Made by a program: the position numbers and the translations under genes
The notes under the pieces: generated by a model
What the model saw: the letters and a program-made list of their open reading frames with translations, nothing else
The model's database searches: none
What the model was told of the DNA's origin: nothing
Source of the DNA: Candidatus Eutrophovita brisbanensis
GTDB lineage: Bacteria; Pseudomonadota; Gammaproteobacteria; Burkholderiales; Eutrophovitaceae
Length of the DNA stretch: 64,000 nt
Reading direction: 5' to 3'
Assembly: GCA_038147395.1 (NCBI GenBank)
Contig: JAYQTM010000001.1
Coordinates: 1,885,508 to 1,949,507 of the forward strand
Shown: piece after piece, positions 63,705 through 64,000 of the stretch
Numbering within the stretch: position 1 is the stretch's first letter
Layout of the letters: the number at the start of each line of letters is the position of its first letter

Positions 63705-64000
63705 TCACTGTCCAGAAATCCCCCATTCGATATCTGGAATTTTCGGCTGCAACAGTGAGGCAACAACTTCGAAGGGGGCTCGCAATCGGGTATCACTCCA
63801 CTCTGTTGAGTGTGATAGGTCAGTTGTAGTGACGACGATCACTGCAACCGAACAAATTAGAACCCCACGCAAGAACCCGAATACCGAACCCAGCAGTCGA
63901 TCCATCCCTGTTAAAGCTGTCGACTTCACAAATTTGGAGATCTTGACACCAATAAAATGGAGCAGGAACAGTGAGAGCACTAAAATAACTACGAATGCTG
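63705..64000 (-). CDS. cvpA: colicin V production protein CvpA, C-terminal part; runs off the window edge
   Basis: The membrane-protein frame stays open to the window end (hand-checked upstream of the GTG at 63980: ...AFVVILVLSLFLL). GMDRLLGSVFGFLRGVLI motif. Lies upstream of purF. Confidence 0.8.
   Translation of the reverse strand, partial: AFVVILVLSLFLLHFIGVKISKFVKSTALTGMDRLLGSVFGFLRGVLICSVAVIVVTTTDLSHSTEWSDTRLRAPFEVVASLLQPKIPDIEWGISGQ

Noticed and set aside
1-64000. Search for defence islands, toxin-antitoxin pairs, CRISPR arrays, integrases, IS elements, prophage genes or rRNA operons
   Set aside because: I found none. Every sizeable ORF except two (9162-10196 and 53359-53934) is a recognisable housekeeping or metabolic gene. 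No array-like repeats were seen.

Overview
This window is a densely packed, almost entirely housekeeping chromosome segment. I found no IS or transposase, integrase, phage, CRISPR, rRNA or defence-type genes, and no convincing novel multi-gene system.

Gene content and order:
- DUF934'-cysI-tauE-like
- A small oxidoreductase/aldolase/cupin group, then phaZ, srkA, sulP and acpH
- htpG, then a NUDIX gene followed by nuoN back to nuoA
- tRNA-Leu(GAG), secG, tpiA
- pstBAC-pstS', glmM', folP, ftsH, rlmE / yhbY
- greA-carB-carA-dapB-bamE / fur
- recN-nadK / hrcA-hemH
- grpE-dnaK-dnaJ
- cysS / ppiB-lpxH
- metZ-purF-cvpA'

From memory, this order matches Betaproteobacteria (Burkholderiales-like synteny). 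GC looks mid-40s % by eye; I did not compute it. Gaps between convergent genes are very short (5-26 nt), which suggests a streamlined genome.

The most unusual signal is damage to otherwise core genes:
- glmM (3' end missing) and pstS (5' end missing) meet at a single breakpoint near 36896.
- pstB carries an in-frame loss of about 13 codons and has lost its normal stop, so it reads into tpiA next to a 19-22 nt direct repeat. No phoU or phoBR follows it.
- nuoJ and cysS each carry a single-base frameshift in a short T run.

These lesions indicate either real genome erosion or draft-quality consensus or assembly. The sequence alone cannot tell them apart.

Regulatory observations:
- Three near-consensus sigma32 promoters (htpG, grpE, dnaK) with identical 13-nt spacing.
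- A promoter plus terminator/antiterminator leader in front of metZ.
- A palindrome-bearing promoter plus hairpin and T-run in front of carA.
- A perfect 10-bp stem-loop between pstS and pstC.

All functional calls rest on my own recognition of the translated ORFs. No database search was run.
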